A DNA stretch of 64,000 nucleotides from a virus, in IMG/VR virus record IMGVR_UViG_3300003690_003063, positions 1 to 64,000 of that record; one strand, 5' to 3'. The notes under the pieces are model-generated. The model ran no database searches and was not told the DNA's origin. It saw only the letters and a list, made by a program, of their open reading frames with translations. This document shows positions 40,332 through 50,064 of this stretch, piece by piece. Within the stretch, counting starts at the first letter, position 1; the number at the start of each line of letters is the position of its first letter. Made by a program: the position numbers and the translations under genes.

Positions 40332-40865
40332 ATGATTTTGGGACTGGACATATCCACGAGTATTACCGGCTATACAGTATTAGACCATGAAGGCAATATT
40401 CTTGCGTGCGATCATATCGATTTACGCAAAGAGAAGAACTTCTTTAAGAAAGTACGAATTATAAGTTCACGCCTAGAATCGGTGAACGACAGATATGAGA
40501 TAGAACGGGTATACATCGAGCAGTCGCTCCAGTCCTTTCGCTCGGGCTTCTCATCAGCCCAAACCCTTTCTCTACTTTCAAAAATTAATGGCATTGTTTC
40601 TTGGATATGCTATAATATGTTTGGGGATGATCCCAATTATTTGGCCGCCACATCTGCGCGTAAAGCTTGCGGTATCAAGGTTCCTAGGGGCCAAAAAGCA
40701 AAGGCTGTTTCTTTACAGTTTGTTGTTGACAATGTGCCCGGCTTCGAGGTACAATATACGAAACATGGCAATCCAAGACCCGGCTACGACGATCGATCGG
40801 ATAGTTATATTATCGCGAAGGCGGCGTGGCTGAATGAAAGACAAAAAGCTCAAAATACTGATTAA
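40332..40865 (+). CDS. RuvC-like Holliday junction resolvase
   Basis: ILGLDIS..ITG, YIEQ, DRSDS..IA RNase H-fold acidic residues. Confidence 0.8.
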   Translation: MILGLDISTSITGYTVLDHEGNILACDHIDLRKEKNFFKKVRIISSRLESVNDRYEIERVYIEQSLQSFRSGFSSAQTLSLLSKINGIVSWICYNMFGDDPNYLAATSARKACGIKVPRGQKAKAVSLQFVVDNVPGFEVQYTKHGNPRPGYDDRSDSYIIAKAAWLNERQKAQNTD

Positions 40866-41769
40866 TGTATTGGGGTCCTATTACCGGACCAACAACGAGT
40901 TTCTTTTCAAGTGCCCTTACTGCGACCACCACAAGCGCAAGTTCTCCGTAAATCTCGATAAAGGCTACTATAAGTGTTGGGTTTGTGATACTCGCGGCAA
41001 AAACCTTTATCGTGTCGTACGTCGCTTCGGAACAAATTACGATAAATCTCAGTGGCGCGAGTTTACATCCGAGGTTGAATACAATAAACTCGAAGATTGG
41101 TTTGTCGAGAAAACAGAAGAAAAACAAATACTTGAGATGCCCAAAGGGTTTGTATCTTTGGCGAATAAGGACGTACCACCTACTGGCTTTGCTGCGAGAA
41201 ATTATTTACGAAAAAGAAACATCGGCAAACAGGATATTATTTGGTGGAAGATGGGCTACTGCAGCGTCGGAGAATATGAAGGTAGAATCATTATTCCATC
41301 GTTTGATGATGAAGGGGATCTAAATTATTTCATCTCGCGGTCCTATGATAAGGCGTTTTATCCAAAGTATAAAAACCCTCCAGCGAGCAAGAATATTATA
41401 TTTAACGATTTATTTGTTGATTGGACTTCGGATATAGTTCTTGTTGAGGGCGCTTTTGATGCGATTGTTGCTGGCCGCAATGCGGTTCCTATCCTCGGCT
41501 CCACTCTGAATCAGAACTCGATTCTACTTCGTAAGATTGTAAAAGAAGACGCCGGCGTTTATGTTGCGTTGGATCCCGACGCGAAGAAAAAAGAACTTGA
41601 GATAATCAAGACTTTGTTGGATTTTGATATTGAGGTGTGGAAGGTTGATATCGATGATAACGAAGATGTTGGGTCGATGGAAAAGAAACAATTCCAGAAA
41701 TGCCTTGAAAATGCTACCCTTATCACTTCAGACAACTATTTATTGTTGACGCTTGCGATGTCTGTGTAG
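40834..41769 (+). CDS. DNA primase (DnaG-like: Zn finger + TOPRIM)
   Basis: CPYCDHH...CWVC, RIIIP, KYKNP, VEGAFDAI, LDPDA. Confidence 0.85.
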   Translation: MKDKKLKILINVLGSYYRTNNEFLFKCPYCDHHKRKFSVNLDKGYYKCWVCDTRGKNLYRVVRRFGTNYDKSQWREFTSEVEYNKLEDWFVEKTEEKQILEMPKGFVSLANKDVPPTGFAARNYLRKRNIGKQDIIWWKMGYCSVGEYEGRIIIPSFDDEGDLNYFISRSYDKAFYPKYKNPPASKNIIFNDLFVDWTSDIVLVEGAFDAIVAGRNAVPILGSTLNQNSILLRKIVKEDAGVYVALDPDAKKKELEIIKTLLDFDIEVWKVDIDDNEDVGSMEKKQFQKCLENATLITSDNYLLLTLAMSV

Positions 41770-41777
41770 GAGACACT

Positions 41778-42122
41778 ATGAAACTAATAATGGAAAACTG
41801 GAAAAAGTTTGTGAATGAGGTTGACCCAATGCCCCGCGATGTGGGTTTGGGCCAAGGTCCTACGGGATTAACAGGACTTGGCTTAAGTCGGGTCGATCGT
41901 GAGCGCCTCGCTGCTGGTGGCGCCGGGGTGGCAGAGCTTGACCCCCACGCCGAACCTAAAACTTGGAATATTGAGAATGGCGTTTTAGCTGCATTGGATG
42001 AAGAAGGCCAGCTTTGGTTTAAGCGCCCCCACGGCCCTGGTGACTTGGACGCGCCTTTAGCTGAGCTTGAAGCAATGGGCTATGAGCAGTCTGCTGATTT
42101 GCCTGTTCCGTCCTGGACATAA
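41778..42122 (+). CDS. Hypothetical protein with leader MKLIMENWKKFVNE
   Basis: AGGAG SD; 114 aa. Confidence 0.7.
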   Translation: MKLIMENWKKFVNEVDPMPRDVGLGQGPTGLTGLGLSRVDRERLAAGGAGVAELDPHAEPKTWNIENGVLAALDEEGQLWFKRPHGPGDLDAPLAELEAMGYEQSADLPVPSWT

Positions 42123-42412
42123 TGATAAAAATCACCAGACAAAGGCTTAAAGAAATTATCAAGGAAGAGCTCCTTGGCGAACTTGAGGTTGGCTCTTTTG
42201 ATCGAGCCAAAGAGAAGATATTTAGTCTCGTCGATCGGCTTAGACACGAAGAGAGACAGGGGCGCCCAGTGATGGTCAGTTCCAAGGCCGGCGAAGATAT
42301 TAATATTCTGGAAGAACTTAGCGCCGCCCTTCAGTGGCTAAATGAACACCAACAAGAGATGAAGGATCAAGCAGCGGACACCCCCGCTTCGCGAGGATGG
42401 GGAGCCACCTAG
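42122..42412 (+). CDS. Hypothetical protein with shared leader (KITRQRLKEIIKEEL)
   Basis: TAATG coupling; leader shared with following genes. Confidence 0.75.
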   Translation: MIKITRQRLKEIIKEELLGELEVGSFDRAKEKIFSLVDRLRHEERQGRPVMVSSKAGEDINILEELSAALQWLNEHQQEMKDQAADTPASRGWGAT

Positions 42413-42435
42413 CCTGCGTTCAGAGGATAATAAAT

Positions 42436-43062
42436 ATGAAAATCACCAGACAAAGACTTAAAAAGATCATTAGAGAAGAGCTGTCTCGCATGAACGAGGG
42501 CGGACTTGCGGGCCACCAGACTGAGCCGCGCCACGAAGGGAACACTCCAGAGGAGCGCCTTCTTAACAAACTTCTAATTCGATCGAAGATCGAGAAAGCT
42601 GGCGGAGACCCCCAGCGCGCCGCTGAAATGTTTGGCTTAGGCGAGGATGAAGAGGTTATTGCTTATCTCGCCAATCTGATGGGCAACCCAATGCTCGATA
42701 ATCCCAATATGGAAGAAGCCATCCAATCCGGTGGCAAACCATCGAAGCCGGAAGTGGAGCACTCCGAGGTTAGTTATAACCCCACGAAGGAGACACGAAA
42801 AACATTTCACAAAAAGGCGCGCCGCACTGCCAAGCAGGATATTAAAAAGGGCGAGATAGACGAATATAATCTTGGCTTCCGCGAGGATGATGATCTCTCC
42901 AAAACCGGTAAGGAAAAACTCGGTGCGGCCGATCCCGCCGAGGAAGAGCCCCTGCGCTTAAGCCGCCCCGAACACGATCCCCTGGATCGGTCTCCGGCTG
43001 GCATCCGCGCAAGACGACGATTACAGGGGAAAGGGATAAAGAATTATCCCTTAGACAAATGA
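42436..43062 (+). CDS. Hypothetical protein with shared leader (MKITRQRLKKIIREEL)
   Basis: GAGGA upstream of ATG 42436; start set by leader homology. Confidence 0.75.
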   Translation: MKITRQRLKKIIREELSRMNEGGLAGHQTEPRHEGNTPEERLLNKLLIRSKIEKAGGDPQRAAEMFGLGEDEEVIAYLANLMGNPMLDNPNMEEAIQSGGKPSKPEVEHSEVSYNPTKETRKTFHKKARRTAKQDIKKGEIDEYNLGFREDDDLSKTGKEKLGAADPAEEEPLRLSRPEHDPLDRSPAGIRARRRLQGKGIKNYPLDK

Positions 43063-43301
43063 AACTAACCAAACAAAGACTAAGAGAGATTATTAGAGAG
43101 GAATTAAATAGACTCACTCAAGAAGACATCGGCGATTATTATAGAAGTAAAAAAAAGGACCGCGATGATGCGTCCAAAAAGCTAAGAGATGCAGAAGAAG
43201 AGTTAAAGGCTGAGTCCGACCCCGCCAAAAAGGTTAAACTCAGGAAGAAAGTTAAAGACCTAAAAGATGAATATGACGCGGCCGCCGATACCGGGGATTA
43301 A
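43059..43301 (+). CDS. Hypothetical protein with shared leader (MKLTKQRLREIIREEL)
   Basis: ATGA overlap; leader homology. Confidence 0.75.
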   Translation: MKLTKQRLREIIREELNRLTQEDIGDYYRSKKKDRDDASKKLRDAEEELKAESDPAKKVKLRKKVKDLKDEYDAAADTGD

Positions 43302-43305
43302 TAAC

Positions 43306-43524
43306 ATGAAACTCACCAAACAAAGACTAAGAGAGATTATTCTAGAAGAGATTGGCGGTTATTCTCGTGAAGAGGTAAATAAGATTATTAATGCGCCTCA
43401 AAGTCGCTCTGGAGAACCGAATCTAAGAGAGCCTTGGGAAGGTATTGAAGAAAATGCAGCGCGCTTGGATATTCTATCGAATCAAATTGGCGCGCTGGCA
43501 CAAGCTCTTGGTGTAGAACTATAA
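43306..43524 (+). CDS. Hypothetical protein with shared leader (MKLTKQRLREIILEEI)
   Basis: Start set by leader homology; GGGGA upstream. Confidence 0.75.
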   Translation: MKLTKQRLREIILEEIGGYSREEVNKIINAPQSRSGEPNLREPWEGIEENAARLDILSNQIGALAQALGVEL

Positions 43525-43532
43525 AATAATAC

Positions 43533-43560
43533 TTGACACGCTCTATCAGTAGTGTATACT
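43533..43560 (+). promoter_or_regulatory. Sigma70-type promoter upstream of the Mre11-Rad50 fusion
   Basis: TTGACA (43533-38), 16-nt spacer, TATACT (43555-60) in an intergenic gap. Confidence 0.65.
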
Positions 43561-43592
43561 GTGGATAGAGTTTTAGTTTAGGGGAGAACTGT

Positions 43593-46500
43593 TTGTACAA
43601 GATAGCACATATAGCGGACACGCACATAAAGAATTTAAAGTTTCATTACGAGTATAAGATCGTATTCGATCAATTATATGAAATATTACGAAAAGAAAAC
43701 GTAGACTACATCGTACACTGCGGCGATATTGCCCACACCAAGACCCAGATTTCACCAGAGTTCGTTGAGCTTTGCTCCGACTTCTTCTTAAATCTAGCTA
43801 AAATCGCGCCCACATACATCATCTTGGGCAACCACGACGGCAACTTAAAGAATAGCACGCGCCAGGACGCCCTACTTAAAAACTCCGGAGAAGTCCTTGT
43901 TGGGGCTGATATCGCCTTTAATGTCCTATCGGTTTTTGATGAGGATAACTGGGCCGCGCCGAGTAATGAAGAGAACATTAACATCGCACTTTATCATGGC
44001 TCTGTATCTGGAGTGAAGACTGACACGGGCTGGGTGATGACTCATGGAGATCATGACGTGGGTATTTTCGCGGGCCACGATTATGCCATGCTTGGCGATA
44101 TTCATAAGACTAATCAGATTCTGGATACCGAGGGTCGCGTGCGGTATGCGGGATCTACTGTTCAACAGAACCATGGGGAGACCAATGACAAAGGCTTTTT
44201 GATTTGGGAGATCGAGGACAAGGACACCTTTACGGTTAATCATCACGTTCTTCTCAACCCTAAGCCGTTTAAGACTATTGAACTCACACCAAAGGGGCGC
44301 ATGCCAAAGGGTACCAAAATCCCAGCTGGAGCGCGCCTTAGGCTGGTGAGTAATAACAATTTGCCTCTTGACGTGATGCGTAAGGCTGTTGAAGTTGCCA
44401 AGCACCGGTTCAACCCGGAAAGCATTACTTTTTTGAATCGTGCAGCGGGGGAAAGAGGAACAGTCGAGATCGGCGCAGGCTTTAAAGTAGAGAACCTGCG
44501 AGACAAGGGAGTTCAGGAAAACCTTATTCGTGAATACCTCACGGATTATGAGCCGAGTGAGGAAATACTTGAGAGGGTGTTTGAACTGAACCGAAAATAT
44601 AACTCACAGATTGAAGAAACGGAAGAGGTCGCTCGGAATGTAAATTGGAATCTTAACAGGTTTGAGTGGGATAACTTGTTTAATTATGGAGAAGGCAATA
44701 GCGTTGACTTCGCAAATCTTAATGGGATTGTAGGAATTTTTGGCAAGAATTATTCCGGAAAGTCTAGTATTATTGATGGCTTACTATACACGATCTTTAA
44801 TACAACCTCTAAGAATGAGCGCAAGAACTACAACATTATCAACCAGAACAGGAAAGACTGCCGCGGCCTCGTTGAGCTACAAGTTGGTGAGAAAATCTAT
44901 ACCATTGAGAGAACGTCTGAAAAGTATGTAAAGAAGCTTAAGGGCGAAGTCACCAATGAAGCACGTACCAATCTAGACTTTAGCGGCCTAGATCCTGTAG
45001 CGGGAGAAAAAACGAGTCTTAACGGCACGACTCGCAACGAGACCGACGCTCATATTCGTAAGCGATTTGGAACAGTAGAAGACTTCTTACTGACGTCTAT
45101 GTCTAGCCAGCTCGACAATTTGTCGTTTATTAAGGAAGGTTCTACGCGACGGAAGGAAATTCTAGCTAAGTTCCTGGATTTAGACATCTTTGAGAAAAAA
45201 TTTAAATTGTCTCATGAGGATTCTGCTGACCTTAAAGCGGTCATCCGGCGCATGGGAGACATTGATTATAATAATGATATAGTGATAGCAGAGGTTCAGC
45301 GGGATGAAGCTCAGAAAGTTTTGGATGAAGAGGCTCTCGTTGCCGAGGAGCTGAGAAAAGATCTCAGCGCCGACAAGTCTATATATATGTCCTTAACAGA
45401 GCAGATAGACTCAATTCCGGCTGAGCGTTTGGATATTAAAAATCTATTGGAATCACGCTCTACTCTTAAAAAGAAGATAGAAGAGACGAATATCAACATT
45501 GTGGAACTTAAGGACGAAAATATAGACTATGACAAACATCTTAAAGAATACGATGATTTTTTAACAACTATAGATATTGAAGATCTCCTCGAAAAAAAGA
45601 AAGATTATGACAACTTCAAACAAAAATATGACGACATTGTGAACCGGGCGCGCCTGATGGACAACGAATACAAAGTTATGGACAAGAAAGTACAATTACT
45701 TGACGAGGTACCATGTGGCAACCAATACCCGATGTGCCAGTTTATCCGGGATGCGCACTTGGCATCTGTAGAGTTGCCGTCGCTAGAAGTGGACATTATA
45801 GATAAGATTGAAGAAGCTACGAAGTACAAGTCTAAAGTTGTATCAGTCAATTCAGCAGAAATGATTGAGGTAATCGATAGATATAATAATATTATTATAA
45901 AAAAGAACAACATCGAGATTGAAAAGCGTGACAATAAGGTCTCGATTGAAAAATTATATGCGAAGATAAAAATTCTCAGAGCCGATCTTACAGAAACGGA
46001 TGAAAAGATTGTCCTCTACGAAGATAAAAAAGAATTAATTAAAAACATCGAAAAACTGGTAGATTCCCGTAATGGAGTCCAAGAGCAGATACAACAGACA
46101 AAAGAAGCAATTCAGACATACGAGGAACTTATCAATCAGCATCATCGTACTATTGGCTCATTGGAGCAGAAGGTAGAATCATTCAAAGAAAAGAAGAGTG
46201 ACCTTACCAATATTCGGGAAGAGTATGCGGCTTATGATTTATTTATGCACTGTATGCATTCGAATGGGATTGCTTATGATATTATTAAAAAACGGCTGCC
46301 AGTAATTAATGCTGAAGTTTCCAAGGTTCTTTCTAATATTGTGGATTTTGAGGTGTTCTTTCAAGAAGACGGGCGCAAGTTGGATATTCTCCTAAAGCAC
46401 CCGAAACATGACCCACGTCCAATTGAAATGGGGTCCGGCGCTGAGAAGACAGTCGCCGCAATGGCTATCCGTCTGGCTTTATTATCTGTATCGTCCCTTC

Positions 46501-46703
46501 CTAAAGGGAATGTTTTTATTTTGGATGAGCCGGGTACGGCCCTCGATGCCGAAAATATGGAGGGGTTCACTCGAATCCTTCAGTTGATTAAAATGTATTT
46601 TAAAATAGTTATCCTTATTTCTCACTTAGATTCACTAAAAGACATTGTTGATGTGGAAATTACCATTGATAAGAATGGCGGCTATGCGCGAGTAAATCAA
46701 TAG
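43593..46703 (+). CDS. Fused SbcD/Mre11 nuclease - SbcC/Rad50 ATPase (gp47-gp46-like)
   Basis: ADTH, CGDIAH, GNHD, YHG, GDIH metallophosphoesterase motifs; Walker A GKNYSGKSS, coiled coil, Walker B ILDEP, ISH; TTG start with GGGGAG SD. Confidence 0.9.
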   Translation: MYKIAHIADTHIKNLKFHYEYKIVFDQLYEILRKENVDYIVHCGDIAHTKTQISPEFVELCSDFFLNLAKIAPTYIILGNHDGNLKNSTRQDALLKNSGEVLVGADIAFNVLSVFDEDNWAAPSNEENINIALYHGSVSGVKTDTGWVMTHGDHDVGIFAGHDYAMLGDIHKTNQILDTEGRVRYAGSTVQQNHGETNDKGFLIWEIEDKDTFTVNHHVLLNPKPFKTIELTPKGRMPKGTKIPAGARLRLVSNNNLPLDVMRKAVEVAKHRFNPESITFLNRAAGERGTVEIGAGFKVENLRDKGVQENLIREYLTDYEPSEEILERVFELNRKYNSQIEETEEVARNVNWNLNRFEWDNLFNYGEGNSVDFANLNGIVGIFGKNYSGKSSIIDGLLYTIFNTTSKNERKNYNIINQNRKDCRGLVELQVGEKIYTIERTSEKYVKKLKGEVTNEARTNLDFSGLDPVAGEKTSLNGTTRNETDAHIRKRFGTVEDFLLTSMSSQLDNLSFIKEGSTRRKEILAKFLDLDIFEKKFKLSHEDSADLKAVIRRMGDIDYNNDIVIAEVQRDEAQKVLDEEALVAEELRKDLSADKSIYMSLTEQIDSIPAERLDIKNLLESRSTLKKKIEETNINIVELKDENIDYDKHLKEYDDFLTTIDIEDLLEKKKDYDNFKQKYDDIVNRARLMDNEYKVMDKKVQLLDEVPCGNQYPMCQFIRDAHLASVELPSLEVDIIDKIEEATKYKSKVVSVNSAEMIEVIDRYNNIIIKKNNIEIEKRDNKVSIEKLYAKIKILRADLTETDEKIVLYEDKKELIKNIEKLVDSRNGVQEQIQQTKEAIQTYEELINQHHRTIGSLEQKVESFKEKKSDLTNIREEYAAYDLFMHCMHSNGIAYDIIKKRLPVINAEVSKVLSNIVDFEVFFQEDGRKLDILLKHPKHDPRPIEMGSGAEKTVAAMAIRLALLSVSSLPKGNVFILDEPGTALDAENMEGFTRILQLIKMYFKIVILISHLDSLKDIVDVEITIDKNGGYARVNQ

Positions 46704-46761
46704 TTTGAGTTGTTAGGTCATACTTTTATTTTCTTTCTAATTAGAATAGAAGGAGATTAAA

Positions 46762-46950
46762 ATGATGAAACACATCTTAGACAAGGGGTTAAATAAGCTC
46801 GTATCTCGTAAGTTGTTGGCGTGGACTACCGCAACTGGGTTGTTGCTATTTGCAGATTTAACATCTAGCGATTGGGTAATTATCACTTGTGTTTATATTG
46901 GTGGCCAGACGGTAATTGATGCTGTGGCGCGTTTGAAGGGATATAAATAA
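46762..46950 (+). CDS. Small two-TM membrane protein, holin-like
   Basis: SRKLL followed by two hydrophobic segments; AAGGAG SD. Confidence 0.5.
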   Translation: MMKHILDKGLNKLVSRKLLAWTTATGLLLFADLTSSDWVIITCVYIGGQTVIDAVARLKGYK

Positions 46951-47369
46951 TGAAGCTTTTAAAGTTAAAATTAGTTGCTAAAAAAGTTTGGCTTTGGGCC
47001 AAAAAGTTTTGGTGGGCTATCGTTATAGCTCTCGGTTTTATAATCGCAATTTTGGTTTGGGTGTTAACTCGTAATGGAGCCTTCGCCGCGACCTTGATGG
47101 ATCTTTTGGAATCGAAGAGAGAGGCTCATGTGAAAGAGATGGAAACGCTGACGCGCATTCACGACACTGAAGTATCCGCGAAAAATACTCGCCTAGAAGT
47201 ACACCTCAAGAAAAGAGCTGAACTAGAAGAAGAGTTTAAGAAGAGAGGCGAATCTATGGACAAAGAAAAGGAAGCAGAGCTTAAAAGACTTGTAGATGAG
47301 AGTTATAATGATCCTGAGAAGTTGGCTGAAGAATTAGCTAAAGTATTTGGAATGAAAGAAAATGGTTAA
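46950..47369 (+). CDS. Membrane-anchored coiled-coil protein (i-spanin-like)
   Basis: Basic N-terminus, one TM (FWWAIVIALGFIIAILVWVL), charged coiled coil. Confidence 0.45.
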   Translation: MKLLKLKLVAKKVWLWAKKFWWAIVIALGFIIAILVWVLTRNGAFAATLMDLLESKREAHVKEMETLTRIHDTEVSAKNTRLEVHLKKRAELEEEFKKRGESMDKEKEAELKRLVDESYNDPEKLAEELAKVFGMKENG

Positions 47370-47844
47370 AAAAATATTATCTCTTTATTTAATTGGTTAT
47401 TTGCTGGCCCCCTCGGTTGCAATTGCGACGGAGCCCGAAGAAGAATCAGCAACAGACGAAACGTACCAAATAGTTTCCTTAAAGGAGGGAGAGACCGCTC
47501 CTTTCGCGGGGGTATTATTGTCTTTAGACGTGGCCGCCAAAATTATAACAGAGAAAAAATTCGAAGATGCGTCATGTGATCTTCGTATTGGGTATGAGTT
47601 AAATCTGCAGGAAGAGCGCTTTCGATTACAACTAGATTTCAAAGATATTGAAATTCACTCTTGGAAAGATAAGTACGAGTCTATGATGATTCTTAAAGTA
47701 GCGGAAAATGATCGACTTGAAAAACTAATATTCAAACAGAATCCTAACAAGGAACCTTGGATGGTTGCACTGGGATTTGGAATTGCCACTCTGACATCTC
47801 TGGGAATATTTGCTATTTCGACGGAGATCGTAGAGGGTGGCTAG
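47362..47844 (+). CDS. Exported coiled-coil protein with C-terminal TM segment
   Basis: Signal-peptide-like N-terminus (..PSVAIA), APFAGVLL, C-terminal hydrophobic helix. Confidence 0.5.
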   Translation: MVKKILSLYLIGYLLAPSVAIATEPEEESATDETYQIVSLKEGETAPFAGVLLSLDVAAKIITEKKFEDASCDLRIGYELNLQEERFRLQLDFKDIEIHSWKDKYESMMILKVAENDRLEKLIFKQNPNKEPWMVALGFGIATLTSLGIFAISTEIVEGG

Positions 47845-48493
47845 AAGATTAATACCCGAGGCGACAAGTCGATCTAGGCTCTTAGAATTTATAAAAAAGC
47901 ATCGAGCGAAGGCTGGCATTACAGAAGCTGCCGGTTCGAATACCCAAATTCAATTTAATGACGCCGGCGTCTTCGGCGCGGATGCAGATTTAGTATGGGA
48001 TACAACAGATGGCGATGGATTGGGAATTGGATTACAACACTATGGGAATAAGTTCCCACAAGTTCATTTAGATGTTAACTATGGTTATCTAGATGACCTA
48101 GATAACGATACAGGGGGAGGCGAGAGTGTCGCATTCGGCACGGGCACGACTACTGCTGGAAAGCTTTATTACTTAAAGAATGACGGGGTATGGACAGAAG
48201 CCCGGGCAAACGCGGTTGCCACCGGAGCCAAAGAGCTATTGGGTATAGCATTAGGCACCGACCCGGCCACTAACGGAATGTTACTGCGAGGGTTTTTTCA
48301 AATGACTAGTTATCTACAGGGAACCTGGGATGAAGGCATTCCCGTCTATGTCAGCGATACACATGCTGGCCAAGGAGATATAGATATTCCAGCAAGTTCC
48401 GGTGATTTTGTAAGGGTTATTGGATATTGTGGCGCGGGTACGACTGATCTGATCTATTTTAATCCCAGTAGCACCTACATTGAACTTTCATAA
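47837..48493 (+). CDS. Probable virion fibre/decoration protein
   Basis: AAGSNTQIQFNDAGVF fibre-type motif; C-terminal LLGIAL...GMLLRG...VRVIGY..IYFNP. Confidence 0.5.
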   Translation: MARRLIPEATSRSRLLEFIKKHRAKAGITEAAGSNTQIQFNDAGVFGADADLVWDTTDGDGLGIGLQHYGNKFPQVHLDVNYGYLDDLDNDTGGGESVAFGTGTTTAGKLYYLKNDGVWTEARANAVATGAKELLGIALGTDPATNGMLLRGFFQMTSYLQGTWDEGIPVYVSDTHAGQGDIDIPASSGDFVRVIGYCGAGTTDLIYFNPSSTYIELS

Positions 48494-49407
48494 TGTCTGA
48501 AGTTAGTAAAGTCAGTGCTGTAGCGATAGCCGACATAGAAGCTATTAATGGTGTTGACGCAGATGACATAGAGTCTCTTGATGGCGTAGATTTTGTGACG
48601 GGGTTTAGTAATACGTATTCTCTTCGACAGATGGTCACGGCCGGGACGGGCTCTATGCAAGTAGCAAATCCTAATAGCTATCATTTTGAAAGTGGGGGCA
48701 CCGATCAAGCATTTAGTATTAGTGCGTGGGTTCATGGGAAAGTAGACCCTCCCAGTAAATTTAGAATTGCGAGCAAGGGAACTGTTGCGGTCGGCGCGAC
48801 TGCAACTAATCGGGAATGGGTTTTAACCACTGGTTCCCCTCCTTGGTATGCTCCCAGCGACCCACCTCCTATTCAATTTACTATTTACGGAAATACAGAT
48901 GCATCCGTTTATATTCAACGATTTGGAGGCGAGATGACTATTAGCGGAAGCTGGAATCATATCGTGGCCACTTATGATGGTAACGGCTCTTCGGGAGCAA
49001 GCGGAAGTTTGGAGATATATCTTAATGGAGTCCGTTTCCCCGGCACAAACCCATCTGATGTCGGTTCATACTCATCCCTTGCAGACAGTGGGCTGCCGGT
49101 TATAATAGGAGCAATTGCCGGCAACTCTGACAGGTTTCAGGGGTATATAGATGAGGTAAGTATTTGGAACAAAGAACTGTCCTCTGGTGATATCACACAT
49201 ATTTATAATTCCGGAACGCCAACTGATATATCAGCTTCTGGCAGTTTATTATCTTGGTGGCGAATGGGCGACAATGATGGGGGCTCCGGGACTACGGTTA
49301 CGGATGTACAGGGTGCTGGAAATGGTTCCTTGGATAACGCGAACGGCCCCGCAGGAGCAGGAAAGTTTAGCGCTAGCGATGGAATTTCATCGGACTCGGT
49401 ACCATAA
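48493..49407 (+). CDS. LamG/concanavalin-like domain protein
   Basis: FSISAWV, WNHIVATYDG, IYLNG, GYIDEVSIWNKELS, WWRMGD. Confidence 0.8.
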   Translation: MSEVSKVSAVAIADIEAINGVDADDIESLDGVDFVTGFSNTYSLRQMVTAGTGSMQVANPNSYHFESGGTDQAFSISAWVHGKVDPPSKFRIASKGTVAVGATATNREWVLTTGSPPWYAPSDPPPIQFTIYGNTDASVYIQRFGGEMTISGSWNHIVATYDGNGSSGASGSLEIYLNGVRFPGTNPSDVGSYSSLADSGLPVIIGAIAGNSDRFQGYIDEVSIWNKELSSGDITHIYNSGTPTDISASGSLLSWWRMGDNDGGSGTTVTDVQGAGNGSLDNANGPAGAGKFSASDGISSDSVP

Positions 49408-49799
49408 TGTCTGATGATAAACAACAGTATATCGCAAAATTAGAAAAAGCCATCTCACAAAAGTATGGCGAAGAAACTATTAATAATCCTCGCCGGTTTT
49501 GGGATGCGGAAAAAGAACAAGAGTACATAACTCAATCTCAAGCGCAACAAATAAAGTTTGGGAAACTGGCTGAATCTCAAGACAAAGTAGAACAAGATGG
49601 ATTTTTAATAAATAAAAAACTACTTACTAGAGACCACAATAGGACTTGTCCTGTGTGTGAAAAATATTCTTTTCATCCTCGTGATGATTTATATATGAAT
49701 AAGTTTCAAGCGTGCTTTAACTGTTTCGTATGTTACGTGGAAGGAAGAGAAGAGAGATGGGCAACTGGTTGGAGACCACAAAATGAAAATAGCACATAA
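49407..49799 (+). CDS. Hypothetical protein with CxxC...CxxC zinc site
   Basis: CPVC...CFNC. Confidence 0.65.
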   Translation: MSDDKQQYIAKLEKAISQKYGEETINNPRRFWDAEKEQEYITQSQAQQIKFGKLAESQDKVEQDGFLINKKLLTRDHNRTCPVCEKYSFHPRDDLYMNKFQACFNCFVCYVEGREERWATGWRPQNENST

Positions 49800-50061
49800 A
49801 AAACTTCGTCGGATTATTCGAGAGGAAACTGAAGCATTTCAATATGAAAAGATGCTTAGGGAGCAGGATCCCGACTTATTATTAGAGAATCCAATTGCAG
49901 CAGTTGTCTTACAACTGTTGAAAAATCCCCAAGTTGTGGAAATGTTAACGCAGCTTTTGCTTCCCAAGCTTATGGGAGGGCTGACTGGCGGTGGTGCCTC
50001 TGCGGGCACAACCGGTACCGGCGGCGCCATCGGCGCCACCGGCGGTCTGAAAGAGGAATAA
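49783..50061 (+). CDS. Hypothetical protein with shared leader (MKIAHKKLRRIIREE)
   Basis: GGAG upstream; leader variant; amphipathic helix and Gly-rich tail. Confidence 0.65.
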   Translation: MKIAHKKLRRIIREETEAFQYEKMLREQDPDLLLENPIAAVVLQLLKNPQVVEMLTQLLLPKLMGGLTGGGASAGTTGTGGAIGATGGLKEE

Positions 50062-50064
50062 AGA

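Noticed and set aside
42122-43360. Repeated leaders as integron-like cassettes or DGR repeats
   Set aside because: Repeats are coding N-termini without attC-like palindromes or adenine-specific variation; no integrase or reverse transcriptase is in the window.
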